Source of the DNA: Thermoanaerobaculia bacterium
GTDB lineage: Bacteria; Acidobacteriota; Thermoanaerobaculia; Multivoradales; UBA5704
NCBI GenBank assembly: GCA_044868005.1
Contig: JBIOVX010000017.1
Span: 9,377 to 73,376 of the forward strand
DNA length: 64,000 nt
Direction: 5' to 3'
How positions within the stretch are numbered: position 1 is the stretch's first letter; every line of letters begins with the position of its first letter. Under the pieces are notes generated by a model that saw nothing but the letters and a program-made list of their open reading frames with translations, had not been told where the DNA came from and made no database searches. Positions 18,100-27,529 of this stretch are shown piece by piece. The translations under genes and the position numbers were made by a program.

Positions 18100-18983
18100 G
18101 CGTCCTGAGCAGGAGAAGATTCGGCGCCCTCGCCGCGCTGTCGTGCGGTCTCATGGTGATGGGGACGGCCGCGGCGAACGCACCCGTCGCCATCGTCTAT
18201 TCGCTGGCCGGCGAGGCCTCGCTCGCCGCTCCCCATGCGGCCCGCCGGCCGCTGCGGCTCTTCGATCGTCTGGGGGCCGGAACGACCGTGCAGGTCGGCC
18301 CGGGCGCTCGCCTGGCACTGGCGTTCGTGACCGGACGCCGCTACGAGCTGGGCGAACGTTCCCGGGTGACGCTCGGTGCGAAGGACCTCGCCACTCGCAG
18401 CGGGCCCGTGCGCGCGCTCCCCCGCGTTCCTCCACTGCCCCGCATTTCACCGATCGCGGCGAAGGACCGCCCGGGGGCAAAGGCCGGAGCTGTGAGGATT
18501 CGGGCGGAAAGCCTCACCGACCTTTATCCGGACCGCGGCGCGACGGCGTTGGCGGAGAAGACCGTCCTCCGCTTTCAACCGGTGGCGGCCACCCGCGGGT
18601 ACCGTATCGAGGTGCAGGATGATCGGGGTCGCAGCGTCTTCGCAACCGAAACGGCCGACTCTACGGTGCGTCTCCCGGCAGGGATCCTGCAGCCGGGCCG
18701 GCGCTACCGCTGGTGGGTCTCCACGGTGGAGCGCGCAGGCCCCGTGGCGCGCGGGGAAGCGGAGCTCGTGACCTTGCCGCAACGCACGGCGGAAGCGAGA
18801 GAGGCCCTGCGCCAGGCTGTCGAAGCGGCGGCAGACGGCTCTCTCCTCGCGCTGTTGGCCGAAGTCGATCGCAGTCTCGGCCTGCTGGCCGAAGCCAGGG
18901 AAGAATTCCGGGCGGCGCTCCAGGAATCCCCAGGGGACACCACTCTGGCCGAAACGCTCGGCCGGCGCCCAGACCCGCCATGA
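18096..18983 (+). CDS. Exported hypothetical protein (FecR-like N-terminus, DUF928-like C-terminus)
   Basis: ATGA overlap with the kinase; SRRRF plus hydrophobic signal; LQPGRRYRWWV motif, TPR-like tail. Family assignment is tentative. Confidence 0.6.
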   Translation: MSVLSRRRFGALAALSCGLMVMGTAAANAPVAIVYSLAGEASLAAPHAARRPLRLFDRLGAGTTVQVGPGARLALAFVTGRRYELGERSRVTLGAKDLATRSGPVRALPRVPPLPRISPIAAKDRPGAKAGAVRIRAESLTDLYPDRGATALAEKTVLRFQPVAATRGYRIEVQDDRGRSVFATETADSTVRLPAGILQPGRRYRWWVSTVERAGPVARGEAELVTLPQRTAEAREALRQAVEAAADGSLLALLAEVDRSLGLLAEAREEFRAALQESPGDTTLAETLGRRPDPP

Positions 18984-21900
18984 GGAAGCCCCATCCCGCG
19001 ATCTGGCTCAGCCTTGGGCTGGTGGTGGCCTGCACCGCCGCCGGCGTCCGGGGGCCTCATGAGGAGAACGTTGCGCGAGCCCCCGGCGTTCTCGTCGAGG
19101 AGGTGGCCGCGGAATCGCTGGGGGCTCGCGCGGGCCTGCAGGCCGGCGATCTCCTGGTCTCCTGGTGCAGGGCGGCCTCGCCGGATGGACCCTGCCTCGC
19201 CGCGGGGAGATTCGAGACCCCCTTCGATTTCGAAGCGATGGAGCTCGAAGAGGCGCCGCGAGGCGGCGTCAGGATCCTGGGAAAACGCGCCGCGGTCGGC
19301 ACCGCCTGGGTTCTTCTTCCGGGCTCCCAGTCGATCAAGGTCCGTCCCGTCCTCACAGAGGATCTCCTGGCGCTCTATGAGGAAGGCCGGAGCCTCGCCG
19401 GAGCGGAGCAGTTGGATATGGCGGTCGAGCGCTGGCGTTCGGCAGCGCGCGCAGCCGGGCATGCCGGTGACGGCCGGCTCGCCGTCTGGTTCCTGTTGCG
19501 GGCCGCCTGCGCCCTGGCCGAAGCGAGGAAATGGCCGTCGGCCGACGCACTCTTCAGTGAGGCAGCGGAGCAGGCACGCCTTCCCGGCGCGGCGAAGCTG
19601 GACGCCTGGATCGCGAAGGTCTGGGGAAAGGCCTTTCAGCGGCGCGGCTCCTGGCAGGAGGCGGAAGACCTCCTCCGCCGGTCGCTGGACCTCGACCGGA
19701 AAGCCGACCCGCAAGGCCTGGCCGTGTCCTGGGACCTCCACACCCTCGGCACCATGGCGGCCCAGCACAGCGATCTGAAAGCGGCCGAAGAGCATCTCCG
19801 GCAGGCGTTGGCCATCCGGGAAAGATTGGCCCCGCGCAGCCTCAGTCTCGCCGCGACCCTGATGAATCTGGGCAACGTGATACAGCTCCGGGGAGACTTG
19901 GCCTCCGCGGAGGACACGCTGCGACGAGCCTTGTCGATCCAGGAGGATCTGGCTCCCGGAAGCGCGGAAATCGCGGGCACTCTGCTCAACCTGGGCAGCC
20001 TCGTCGGCGCTCGCGGGAATTTCGCGGAATCGGAGGAGCTCCTCCGCCGCGCCAAGGCCATCTACGAGAGGACCAGGCCCGAGAGCCTCGAGCTGGCCAA
20101 GGCCCTGAAGAACCTCAGCGACCTCGCCGCCGACTCGTACGATACGGAAACCTCGGAGTATTTTCTGCAGCGAGCCCTGGCGATCGAAGAGAAGCGCGAC
20201 CCCAGCGGCGCGGGCCTGGCGATCACCCTGGAAAACCTGGGGCTCCAGGCACTGGACCGCGGGAACCTGGAGAGGGCCGAGGAGTATCTCCGGCGTGCCT
20301 TGAGCCTGGAGGAGAAATTGGAGCCGGAAGGCCTCGCCTTCGCGCGCGGGCTCAAGAACCTCGGCGTCGTCGCTCTCCGGCGGCAGGATTGCGCCACGGC
20401 CGAGACCCATCTCCAACGTGCCTTCGCCATCCAGCAGCGGCTGAGCCCCGGCAGCCTCAGCGACGCCCAGACCCTGGAAGCTCTCGGCGACATAGGCCTG
20501 GAGTGCGGAGACCTGGCGGAGGCGGAAGCTCGCTACCGGCAGGCGCTGGCCATCCGGGAAAAGCTGGCCCCAGGCACAGCAGGCGCCTCATTGCACAGCC
20601 TGGGCTTGACACTCCGGCGCCAGGGCCACCCGCTCGATGCCATGGAGGCTCTCTGCCGGGCCATCGACGTTTCCGAAACCCCATGGGAGCGCAGCGACAG
20701 GAAGGAAACGCAAGAGGCGAGCCTCTTCACCGACTGCCTCGCGGCGCGGGTCGAGCTCGGCCAGGTGGCGGAGGCTTTCCACGTCCTCGAGCGGGGGCGT
20801 GCCCGCGCCTTCCTCAAGCAGCTCGCCGAGCGCGACCTGCTGTTCGCCGCCAATCTTCCGCCGGAGATCGCCCGCAGGAAAACGGAGCTCAACCAGGATC
20901 TCGAGTCCGCCCAAGGGGCTCTGGCTCGCCTCAACCCGGCTCAGGACGCGGCCGAAATCGAACGCCTCCTCAACCGCCTGCGGGAAATTCAGGACCGGCA
21001 GCGGGAGCTGACCGCGCAAATCCGCAAGAGCTCTCCCCGCCTCGCCTCTCTGCAATATCCCGAGCCGCTCGACCTCGCCGGCGCGCGCCGCATCCTGGAT
21101 CCGGAGACGGTGCTGCTCTCCTACGCGGTCGGCGAGGAAGAGAGCTATCTGTTCGTGGTGCAGCCGCCCGAGCTCGCGGGCCCCGGCCTCGCGGTCTTCC
21201 GCATTCCGGTCGGCGCCAAGCCATTGCGGGAAGCGATCGCCTCGCTCGACAACCTCTTGCAGGACGCCCGCTCCGATCGCGCGGCGTTGACTGCCCAGTC
21301 CAGGAAGCTCTACGCCTTGTTGATCGGACCTGCCGAGGCTCAGATTGCCGCCGCGAAGCGTCTCCTCGTCTCGCCGAGCGGTCCCCTCCACACGCTGCCC
21401 TTCGCCACGCTGATGCGCAAGGACCGCTACCTCGTCGAGTGGAAACCGGTTCATTTCGTCCTCTCGGCGACCGTGTACGCGGAGCTGAAGAAAGCGCGGC
21501 GCGCGCCCGCAGACCTTACGCGAGGCCAGGTCGTCGCCTTCGGCGACCCGGTCTATCCGCCGCTGCCCAAGGACAGGAATGCGGCTCCGGCGGCGACGCT
21601 CGAGATCCTCACGGCGGCCAGCCGCGGCCTCTCTCTCGAGCCCATCCCGGCCACCCGGCGGGAGGTGGAAGGAATCGCCAGCCTCTATCCGCAGGCAGAG
21701 ACCTATCTCGGCGGCGAGGCCACGGAGGAGAAGGCGAAATCTCTCGGCGCCGAGGCGCGCCTCGTCCATTTTGCCTGCCACGGCCTGCTCGACGAGCGTT
21801 TTCCGCTCAACTCCGCGCTGGCGCTGACCATTCCCGAGCATCCGGCGCCGGGGCGGGACAACGGCCTGCTCCAGGCCTGGGAGATCCTGGAGAGCGTGCG

Positions 21901-22210
21901 CCTGAACGCCGACCTGGTGACCCTCTCGGCCTGCGACACGGCGTTGGGAAGGGAGATGGGCGGCGAAGGCCTCGTCGGGCTCACGCGCGCCTTCCAGTAT
22001 GCCGGCGCCCGCACCGTCCTCGCCTCGCTGTGGAGCATCTCCGACCTCTCCACCTCCCGCATCATGCAGCGCTTCTACGGCTATCTCCGCGACGGCAAGT
22101 CAAAAGACGAGGCCTTGCGGGCGGCGCAGATCGATCAGATCCGCGGCAAGTCCGGCTCTTCCCATCCCTTCCACTGGGCGGCTTTCGAGCTGTTCGGCGA
22201 TTGGCGGTAA
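18980..22210 (+). CDS. Secreted PDZ-TPR-CHAT (caspase-like) protein 1
   Basis: Signal-like N-terminus, GVLVEEV...AGLQAGD (PDZ), many TPRs (ALAIRERLAP), CHAT dyad HFACHG / LSACDT, HPFHWAAF. Confidence 0.9.
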   Translation: MRKPHPAIWLSLGLVVACTAAGVRGPHEENVARAPGVLVEEVAAESLGARAGLQAGDLLVSWCRAASPDGPCLAAGRFETPFDFEAMELEEAPRGGVRILGKRAAVGTAWVLLPGSQSIKVRPVLTEDLLALYEEGRSLAGAEQLDMAVERWRSAARAAGHAGDGRLAVWFLLRAACALAEARKWPSADALFSEAAEQARLPGAAKLDAWIAKVWGKAFQRRGSWQEAEDLLRRSLDLDRKADPQGLAVSWDLHTLGTMAAQHSDLKAAEEHLRQALAIRERLAPRSLSLAATLMNLGNVIQLRGDLASAEDTLRRALSIQEDLAPGSAEIAGTLLNLGSLVGARGNFAESEELLRRAKAIYERTRPESLELAKALKNLSDLAADSYDTETSEYFLQRALAIEEKRDPSGAGLAITLENLGLQALDRGNLERAEEYLRRALSLEEKLEPEGLAFARGLKNLGVVALRRQDCATAETHLQRAFAIQQRLSPGSLSDAQTLEALGDIGLECGDLAEAEARYRQALAIREKLAPGTAGASLHSLGLTLRRQGHPLDAMEALCRAIDVSETPWERSDRKETQEASLFTDCLAARVELGQVAEAFHVLERGRARAFLKQLAERDLLFAANLPPEIARRKTELNQDLESAQGALARLNPAQDAAEIERLLNRLREIQDRQRELTAQIRKSSPRLASLQYPEPLDLAGARRILDPETVLLSYAVGEEESYLFVVQPPELAGPGLAVFRIPVGAKPLREAIASLDNLLQDARSDRAALTAQSRKLYALLIGPAEAQIAAAKRLLVSPSGPLHTLPFATLMRKDRYLVEWKPVHFVLSATVYAELKKARRAPADLTRGQVVAFGDPVYPPLPKDRNAAPAATLEILTAASRGLSLEPIPATRREVEGIASLYPQAETYLGGEATEEKAKSLGAEARLVHFACHGLLDERFPLNSALALTIPEHPAPGRDNGLLQAWEILESVRLNADLVTLSACDTALGREMGGEGLVGLTRAFQYAGARTVLASLWSISDLSTSRIMQRFYGYLRDGKSKDEALRAAQIDQIRGKSGSSHPFHWAAFELFGDWR

Positions 22211-22253
22211 GGGTAGGCTTGCCGTTTCATTTTTGGGACGGGAGAGCTCCGCG

Positions 22254-23678
22254 ATGGGTTCAGAATTGAGACGCCTGCCTGATCATCGACCTTTGACCTG
22301 CGGGATCCTCGTCGCGCTCTCCTGCTGCTTCAGCACCGCGATCCTCCTGGCGGAAGAGCCAGAGGAAGGAGCCGTCGTGGAAGAGGTGGCTCCGGGCTCG
22401 GCGGCCGCGAGGGCGGGCCTGCAACCGGGGGACGCGATCCTCTCCTGGTCGCGAGGGGACGGGCTGAGCGGCCCGGTGCGATCTCCTTTCGAGCTCCCTC
22501 CGGTCGAGATCGAGCAGGCTCCCCGCGGCGCGGTCGTCCTCCGAGGTGCGAGGGAGGGTGCGAGCGCGGAATGGACCCTGCCGCCAGGCTCCTGGGGAAT
22601 CAAGGCGAGGCCCACCTTCCCGGAGCCGCTCCTCGCGGTCTACCGGCAGGGCCGGGACCGCATCGCCGCCGGAGACCTCGCGGAGGGAATCGGAGACTGG
22701 CGCTCCGCCGTGGAAGCCGCCGACCGCCGGCAGGATTCCCTCCGCGCCGCCTGGCTGCAGAGCCGTCTGGCGCGGGAGCTCGCCGGCGCCGCCCGCTGGG
22801 CCGAGGCGGACGAGGCTTGGGAGCGCGCCGTCGCGCGGCTGGAGCCGCCCGGGCCCGCGGCGGCGCAACTGCTGCGGCAGTGGGGCGAGTCGTTCCAACG
22901 GCGCAACCTCTGGGACCGTGCCGAAGAGTGTTACCGCCGGGCGCTGGCGCTCGACGCCGCGGAGAGCCTGGCGGCCGCCTGGGACCTCAACGCTCTGTCG
23001 CGGCCAAGGTCCGCCAGGCCTCGCCGCGGACCTCCGTCGCCGGCCGGCGAGCCGGGCGCGGCCCAGCCCGAGGTCCGCGCAGCGGTAGCCCGCGGCCTCT
23101 CTCTCACGCCGCTCCCTTCCGCTCGCGCAGAGATCCTCGAGATCGCCGGCCTCTACCCTGGGGCGCGGACCTTCCTGGGCGCCGAGGCGACCGAAGAACG
23201 GGCCAAGTCCATGGGCAAGGACGCGCGCTATCTCCATTTCGCCTGCCACGGGCTGCTCGACGAGCGATTCCCTCTCAATTCGGCCCTGGCCCTCAGCATC
23301 CCCGAGCGTCCCGCCGAAGGCCAGGAGAACGGCCTGCTCCAGGCCTGGGAAGTCATCGAGAGCGTGCGCCTCGACGCCGACCTGGTCACCCTCTCCGCGT
23401 GCGATACGGCGCTGGGAAAGGAGATGGGCGGCGAAGGCCTCGTCGGGCTGACCCGCGCCTTCCAGTTCGCCGGCGCCCGCACCGTCCTGGCGTCGCTGTG
23501 GAGCATCTCCGACGATTCCACCGCTGGCTTCATGAAGCGCTTCTACGGCTACCTCCGCAGCGGCAAGCCGAAGGACGAGGCGTTGCGGGCGGCGCAGATC
23601 GATCAGATCCGCGACAGGTCCGGCTCGTCGCATCCCTTCCACTGGGCGGCGTTCGAGCTGTTCGGCGACTGGCGATGA
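22254..23678 (+). CDS. PDZ-(short TPR)-CHAT protein 2, internally deleted
   Basis: Same N- and C-termini as the paralogues, but most TPRs and the first half of CHAT are missing; dyad HFACHG / LSACDT retained. Confidence 0.7.
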   Translation: MGSELRRLPDHRPLTCGILVALSCCFSTAILLAEEPEEGAVVEEVAPGSAAARAGLQPGDAILSWSRGDGLSGPVRSPFELPPVEIEQAPRGAVVLRGAREGASAEWTLPPGSWGIKARPTFPEPLLAVYRQGRDRIAAGDLAEGIGDWRSAVEAADRRQDSLRAAWLQSRLARELAGAARWAEADEAWERAVARLEPPGPAAAQLLRQWGESFQRRNLWDRAEECYRRALALDAAESLAAAWDLNALSRPRSARPRRGPPSPAGEPGAAQPEVRAAVARGLSLTPLPSARAEILEIAGLYPGARTFLGAEATEERAKSMGKDARYLHFACHGLLDERFPLNSALALSIPERPAEGQENGLLQAWEVIESVRLDADLVTLSACDTALGKEMGGEGLVGLTRAFQFAGARTVLASLWSISDDSTAGFMKRFYGYLRSGKPKDEALRAAQIDQIRDRSGSSHPFHWAAFELFGDWR

Positions 23679-26600
23679 GCCTCGCCAGGACGCTGACCGC
23701 CGTCTGCATGCTCCTCTTCCCTGCTGCTTACGCCGCAGAGATCATCCCCACCCTCGAACCCGACCTCCTCGCGCTCTACGAGCAGGGGCGGCAACGGATC
23801 GCGTCCGGGGACCTCGACGCGGGCGCGGCGCTCTGGCGGTCGGCCATCGAATCCCTGGAGCGGCAGGCCGCGTTGCAGCAAGCCTCCTGGCTGGAAGGCC
23901 AGTTGGCGAAGGCGTTCGCCGCGGCCGGGCGGTGGCCCGAGGCGGACGCGGCCTGGGAGCGGGCGGCGCTCCGAGTCGAGCCGCAATGGGCGCCGGCTGC
24001 GGTGCAGATCCTGCGCGCGTGGGGAGAGGCGCTGCAACAGCGCAGCGCCTGGGATCGCGCCGAGGCGTGTTACCGCCGGGCTCTCCGCCTGGAGCCGGAG
24101 GACAGCCTCGAGGCGGCGCGGGAGCTCAGCGCCCTGGGCTACATCGCGCGCCGCCGAGGCGACTTTGCGGACGCCGAGGGTCTCTTCCATCAGGCCTATG
24201 CCATCCGCGACAAGCTGGCTCCCGGGAGCCTCGACCTGGCGTCGAGCAGGAGCGAGCTCGGGATCCTGGCGGCGATCCGCGGCGAACCGGCAGCCGCGGA
24301 CGAGCTCTTCTCGCAGGCGTTGGAGGTGCAGCAGCGGCTCGCGGCGGACAGCATCCTGGTGGCCGGGACCATCATCAACCTGGGAAACACCGCCTTGGCG
24401 CGGGGCGACCTGGTTGCCGCCGAGGAGCGCTACCGGCGCGCGATCGCCCTGATCGAGCGGCAGAATCCGCAAGACCCCGAGCTCACGCGCGCCCTCAATA
24501 ATCTTGGCGAGGTCGAGGCGAATCGCGGTGAGCTCGCCTTGGCAGAGGAGCACTACCGGCGTGCGTTGGCCATCCAGCAAAAGCTGGCGCCCGAGAGTCT
24601 CCGCATCGCGGGAAGCCTTACGAAGCTGGGCAACCTGGCCGAGCAACGGGGGGATTTCGCGGCGGCCGAGGATCTCCTCCGCCGCGCCGTCGAAATGAGC
24701 GAGAAGATCTCCCCTCACTCCCTGGAGTTTGCCGGCAACCTCGCCAGCCTGGGTCGCTGCCAGCGCCGCAAGGGGGACCTGGCGAAAGCCGACGATTCCT
24801 TGCGGCGCGCGCTGGAGATCTTTGACCAGCGCTCGGCGGAGAGCGGGACCACCGCGATGATGCGCATCGAGCGAGCTACGATCGCCGTGGAGCGGGGCGA
24901 CCTGGCTCTGGCCGAGGAGCTCTACGGCCGCGCGCTCGCGTTTCTGGAAAAGCAACAGCAGGGGAGCCTCTCCGTCGCCGACAGCCTGGGGGGCCTGGGG
25001 ACCATCGCCCTCGCGCGCGGAGACCTGCCGAAAGCCGAGGAGCTCTTTCGGCGCGCGCTGGCCACCCGCGAGAAGGTGGCGCCGGGCAGCGCTCCAGTAG
25101 GGCTGTCCTTGAACGACCTGGGGCAGGTTTACCGCCGGTCGGGCGGGCGCGAGAAGGCGGCGGACCACTTCTGCCGCGCCACCGAGGTGTTCGACCAGCA
25201 GCGGAAGAAGCTCGGCGGGACCGCCGAGGAGAGGTCCGCCTTCGGCAGCACGACCGCGGAGTCCTACCGCGATTGCCTCGGTGCCCTCGTCGACGTCGGC
25301 CAGCCGGAAAGGGCCTTTCAGGTTCTGGAGCGCGGACGTGCCCGCTCGTTCCTCGACCTGCTGGCGGAGCGCGATCTGACGTGGACGGCCGATCTGCCGC
25401 CCGAGCTCGCCCGCGAGCGAAAGCTCACGCATGCCGAGTACGACCGCACGCAGGCGGCCCTCGCCCGTCTGAGCGCTGAGCGCGATCCGGCAGAGGTGAG
25501 CCGCCTGATCGTTCAGCTCCGGGAGATCCGGTCCCGGCAGGAAAAGATCGCGGCAACGATCCGCCAGATCTCGCCACGGACCTCCGCGCTGCAAGACCCG
25601 CGGCCGCTCGACCTGGAGGGCGTTCGGGCCGCGCTCGATCCCGGCACCGTGCTCCTCGCGTGGTCCGTCGGCAAGGAGAGATCTTTCCTCTTCGTCGTCC
25701 GGCCGGCAGGAGCGCCCGGCTCAGGCCTCGAGGTCTTTTCTCTTGCCCTTGGCGATCGGGCCCTGCGGGAGCGAGTGGCGTCTTTCCGCAACCTTCTGCA
25801 GCGCAGAGGATCGGACTCGAAAACGATCGCCGCACAGGCGAAGGAGATCTACGACGTCCTGCTGCGGCCCGCCGACGCGCGCATCGCCGCGGCCTCGCGG
25901 CTCCTCATCTCTCCTGACGGCCCGCTCCACACCCTGCCTTTCGCCGCCCTGGTCCGCAAGCGCCGTTTCCTGGTCGAGGAGAAGCCTGTCCACACCGTCA
26001 TTTCCGCCACCGTCTACGCCGAGCTCAAGCGTGCGCGTCCGGACACGTCCGGTCCCGGCGAGGAGAGCCTCGCGGCTTTCGGCGATCCGGTCTATCCGAA
26101 ATCCACTCCGGACGTCCCGGCCGACCTCGAGCTCCGGGAGGTCTTGCGGCGCGGTGCCGTGCTGAAGCCTCTTCCCGCCACGCGGGCGGAGGTGGAGAGC
26201 ATCGCCGCCCTCTATCCTGGGGCACGGTCCTACCTCGGCCGCGACGCCACGGAGGAGAAGGCCAAAGCCATCGGTCCCGGGTCGCGCCTCGTTCACTTCG
26301 CCTGTCATGGCCTGCTCGACGAGCGCTTTCCGCTCAACTCCGCGCTGGCGCTTTCCTTGCCCGAGCATCCAGCCGAAGGTCAGGACAACGGCCTGCTCCA
26401 GGCGTGGGAGATCTTCGAGAGCGTGCGCCTCGACGCCGACCTGGTGACCCTCTCCGCTTGCGACACGGCGTTGGGCAAGGAGATGGGCGGCGAAGGCCTC
26501 GTCGGGCTCACCCGCGCCTTTCAATACGCCGGCGCCCGCACCGTCCTCGCCTCGCTATGGAGCATCTCCGACGTCTCCACCGAACGCTTCATGAAGCGCT

Positions 26601-26737
26601 TTTATCGCTACCTCCGCAATGGCAAGTCGAAAGACGAGGCCCTGCGGGCGGCGCAGATCGACCAGATCCGCGGCAAGGCCGGCTCCTCCCATCCCTTCCA
26701 CTGGGCGGCGTTCGAGCTGTTCGGCGATTGGCGGTGA
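23675..26737 (+). CDS. Secreted TPR-CHAT protein 3 (no PDZ)
   Basis: ATGA overlap; signal peptide MSLARTLTAVCMLLFPAAYA; TPRs; HFACHG / LSACDT. Confidence 0.9.
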   Translation: MSLARTLTAVCMLLFPAAYAAEIIPTLEPDLLALYEQGRQRIASGDLDAGAALWRSAIESLERQAALQQASWLEGQLAKAFAAAGRWPEADAAWERAALRVEPQWAPAAVQILRAWGEALQQRSAWDRAEACYRRALRLEPEDSLEAARELSALGYIARRRGDFADAEGLFHQAYAIRDKLAPGSLDLASSRSELGILAAIRGEPAAADELFSQALEVQQRLAADSILVAGTIINLGNTALARGDLVAAEERYRRAIALIERQNPQDPELTRALNNLGEVEANRGELALAEEHYRRALAIQQKLAPESLRIAGSLTKLGNLAEQRGDFAAAEDLLRRAVEMSEKISPHSLEFAGNLASLGRCQRRKGDLAKADDSLRRALEIFDQRSAESGTTAMMRIERATIAVERGDLALAEELYGRALAFLEKQQQGSLSVADSLGGLGTIALARGDLPKAEELFRRALATREKVAPGSAPVGLSLNDLGQVYRRSGGREKAADHFCRATEVFDQQRKKLGGTAEERSAFGSTTAESYRDCLGALVDVGQPERAFQVLERGRARSFLDLLAERDLTWTADLPPELARERKLTHAEYDRTQAALARLSAERDPAEVSRLIVQLREIRSRQEKIAATIRQISPRTSALQDPRPLDLEGVRAALDPGTVLLAWSVGKERSFLFVVRPAGAPGSGLEVFSLALGDRALRERVASFRNLLQRRGSDSKTIAAQAKEIYDVLLRPADARIAAASRLLISPDGPLHTLPFAALVRKRRFLVEEKPVHTVISATVYAELKRARPDTSGPGEESLAAFGDPVYPKSTPDVPADLELREVLRRGAVLKPLPATRAEVESIAALYPGARSYLGRDATEEKAKAIGPGSRLVHFACHGLLDERFPLNSALALSLPEHPAEGQDNGLLQAWEIFESVRLDADLVTLSACDTALGKEMGGEGLVGLTRAFQYAGARTVLASLWSISDVSTERFMKRFYRYLRNGKSKDEALRAAQIDQIRGKAGSSHPFHWAAFELFGDWR

Positions 26738-26761
26738 GCGCGTCTCTCGAGAGCCGCAAGC

Positions 26762-26889
26762 GGTTCAAATCTGAGACGGATCCCGCTCCGCGAGGTCTCA
26801 CAAATGAAACCTTGCGCCAAGGCCTTGCAAAGCTGTCCGTTTACTTCGAGTCACTTAAGCCTCTTCCCTCACCTGGTCCGACTTCTGCA
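26762..26889 (+). promoter_or_regulatory. Putative enhancer palindromes plus sigma54 promoter of the RTX gene
   Basis: GGTTCA-N4-TGAGAC (26762-26777), GTCTCA-N4-TGAAAC (26795-26810), TGGtccgacttcTGCA with GG-N10-GC (26874-26889). Confidence 0.55.
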
Positions 26890-26978
26890 CCCTCTCGACC
26901 AAGCCGGCAGGGATGACAGGCGATCAGATATCTGAGCTTCGTTATCGAGAGAGGGCACGACTACGAAAGGAGAAAAGG

Positions 26979-27461
26979 ATGATTCGGTTGAACAAAGCGC
27001 TTTTCTTTGCGGGTATCGCGGCGATGGTGCTGATGCTCAGCGCCGCGCCGGCCTCGGCGTGCGTCAACTACTTCTACGGCACGTCGGGCGACGACGTCAT
27101 CAATGGGACGACCCAGGAGGATTGCATCTTCGGCGGCGGGGGACATGACAACCTTTGGGGGTCCAGCGCCGATGACTACATCAACGGCGGTGACGGGCCC
27201 GACCTGGTGTACGGCGCTGTCGGCTCAGACGAGCTCGACGGCGCGGCGGGCACCGATTACATGGAAGGCGGTTCAAACGTCGATTACATGGAGGGCCGGC
27301 ATGGAGACGACACCCTCTATGGCGACGAGGGGAACGACTACGTTTACGGCGGCGGCGAAAACGATTACCTGGACGGCGGCAGCGGCTGGGACACGCTCGA
27401 CGGCATGACCGGCACGGATACCTGCGTCGCGGGAGAATCGCTCACGAGCTGCGAGTTTTAG
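26979..27461 (+). CDS. Small secreted RTX/hemolysin-type Ca-binding repeat protein
   Basis: AAGGAG RBS; signal peptide ending APASA; about 12 GGxGxDxLx-type nonapeptides; terminal Cys residues. Confidence 0.88.
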   Translation: MIRLNKALFFAGIAAMVLMLSAAPASACVNYFYGTSGDDVINGTTQEDCIFGGGGHDNLWGSSADDYINGGDGPDLVYGAVGSDELDGAAGTDYMEGGSNVDYMEGRHGDDTLYGDEGNDYVYGGGENDYLDGGSGWDTLDGMTGTDTCVAGESLTSCEF

Positions 27462-27529
27462 GTCTTCCTTCGGCCAACCAACGGGAGCGCCTCTGCGGAG
27501 GTGCTCCCGCGTTCTCGATTGAGGATCCC

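Noticed and set aside
22571-23674. N-terminal 368 aa of the 1388-aa ORF
   Set aside because: Off-frame overlap with CHAT-2; the real start is the ATG at 23675, which is followed by a signal peptide.
18980-26737. CRISPR-associated TPR-CHAT (Csx29/Craspase)
   Set aside because: No type III-E effector or array is present, and these proteins have signal-peptide-like N-termini.
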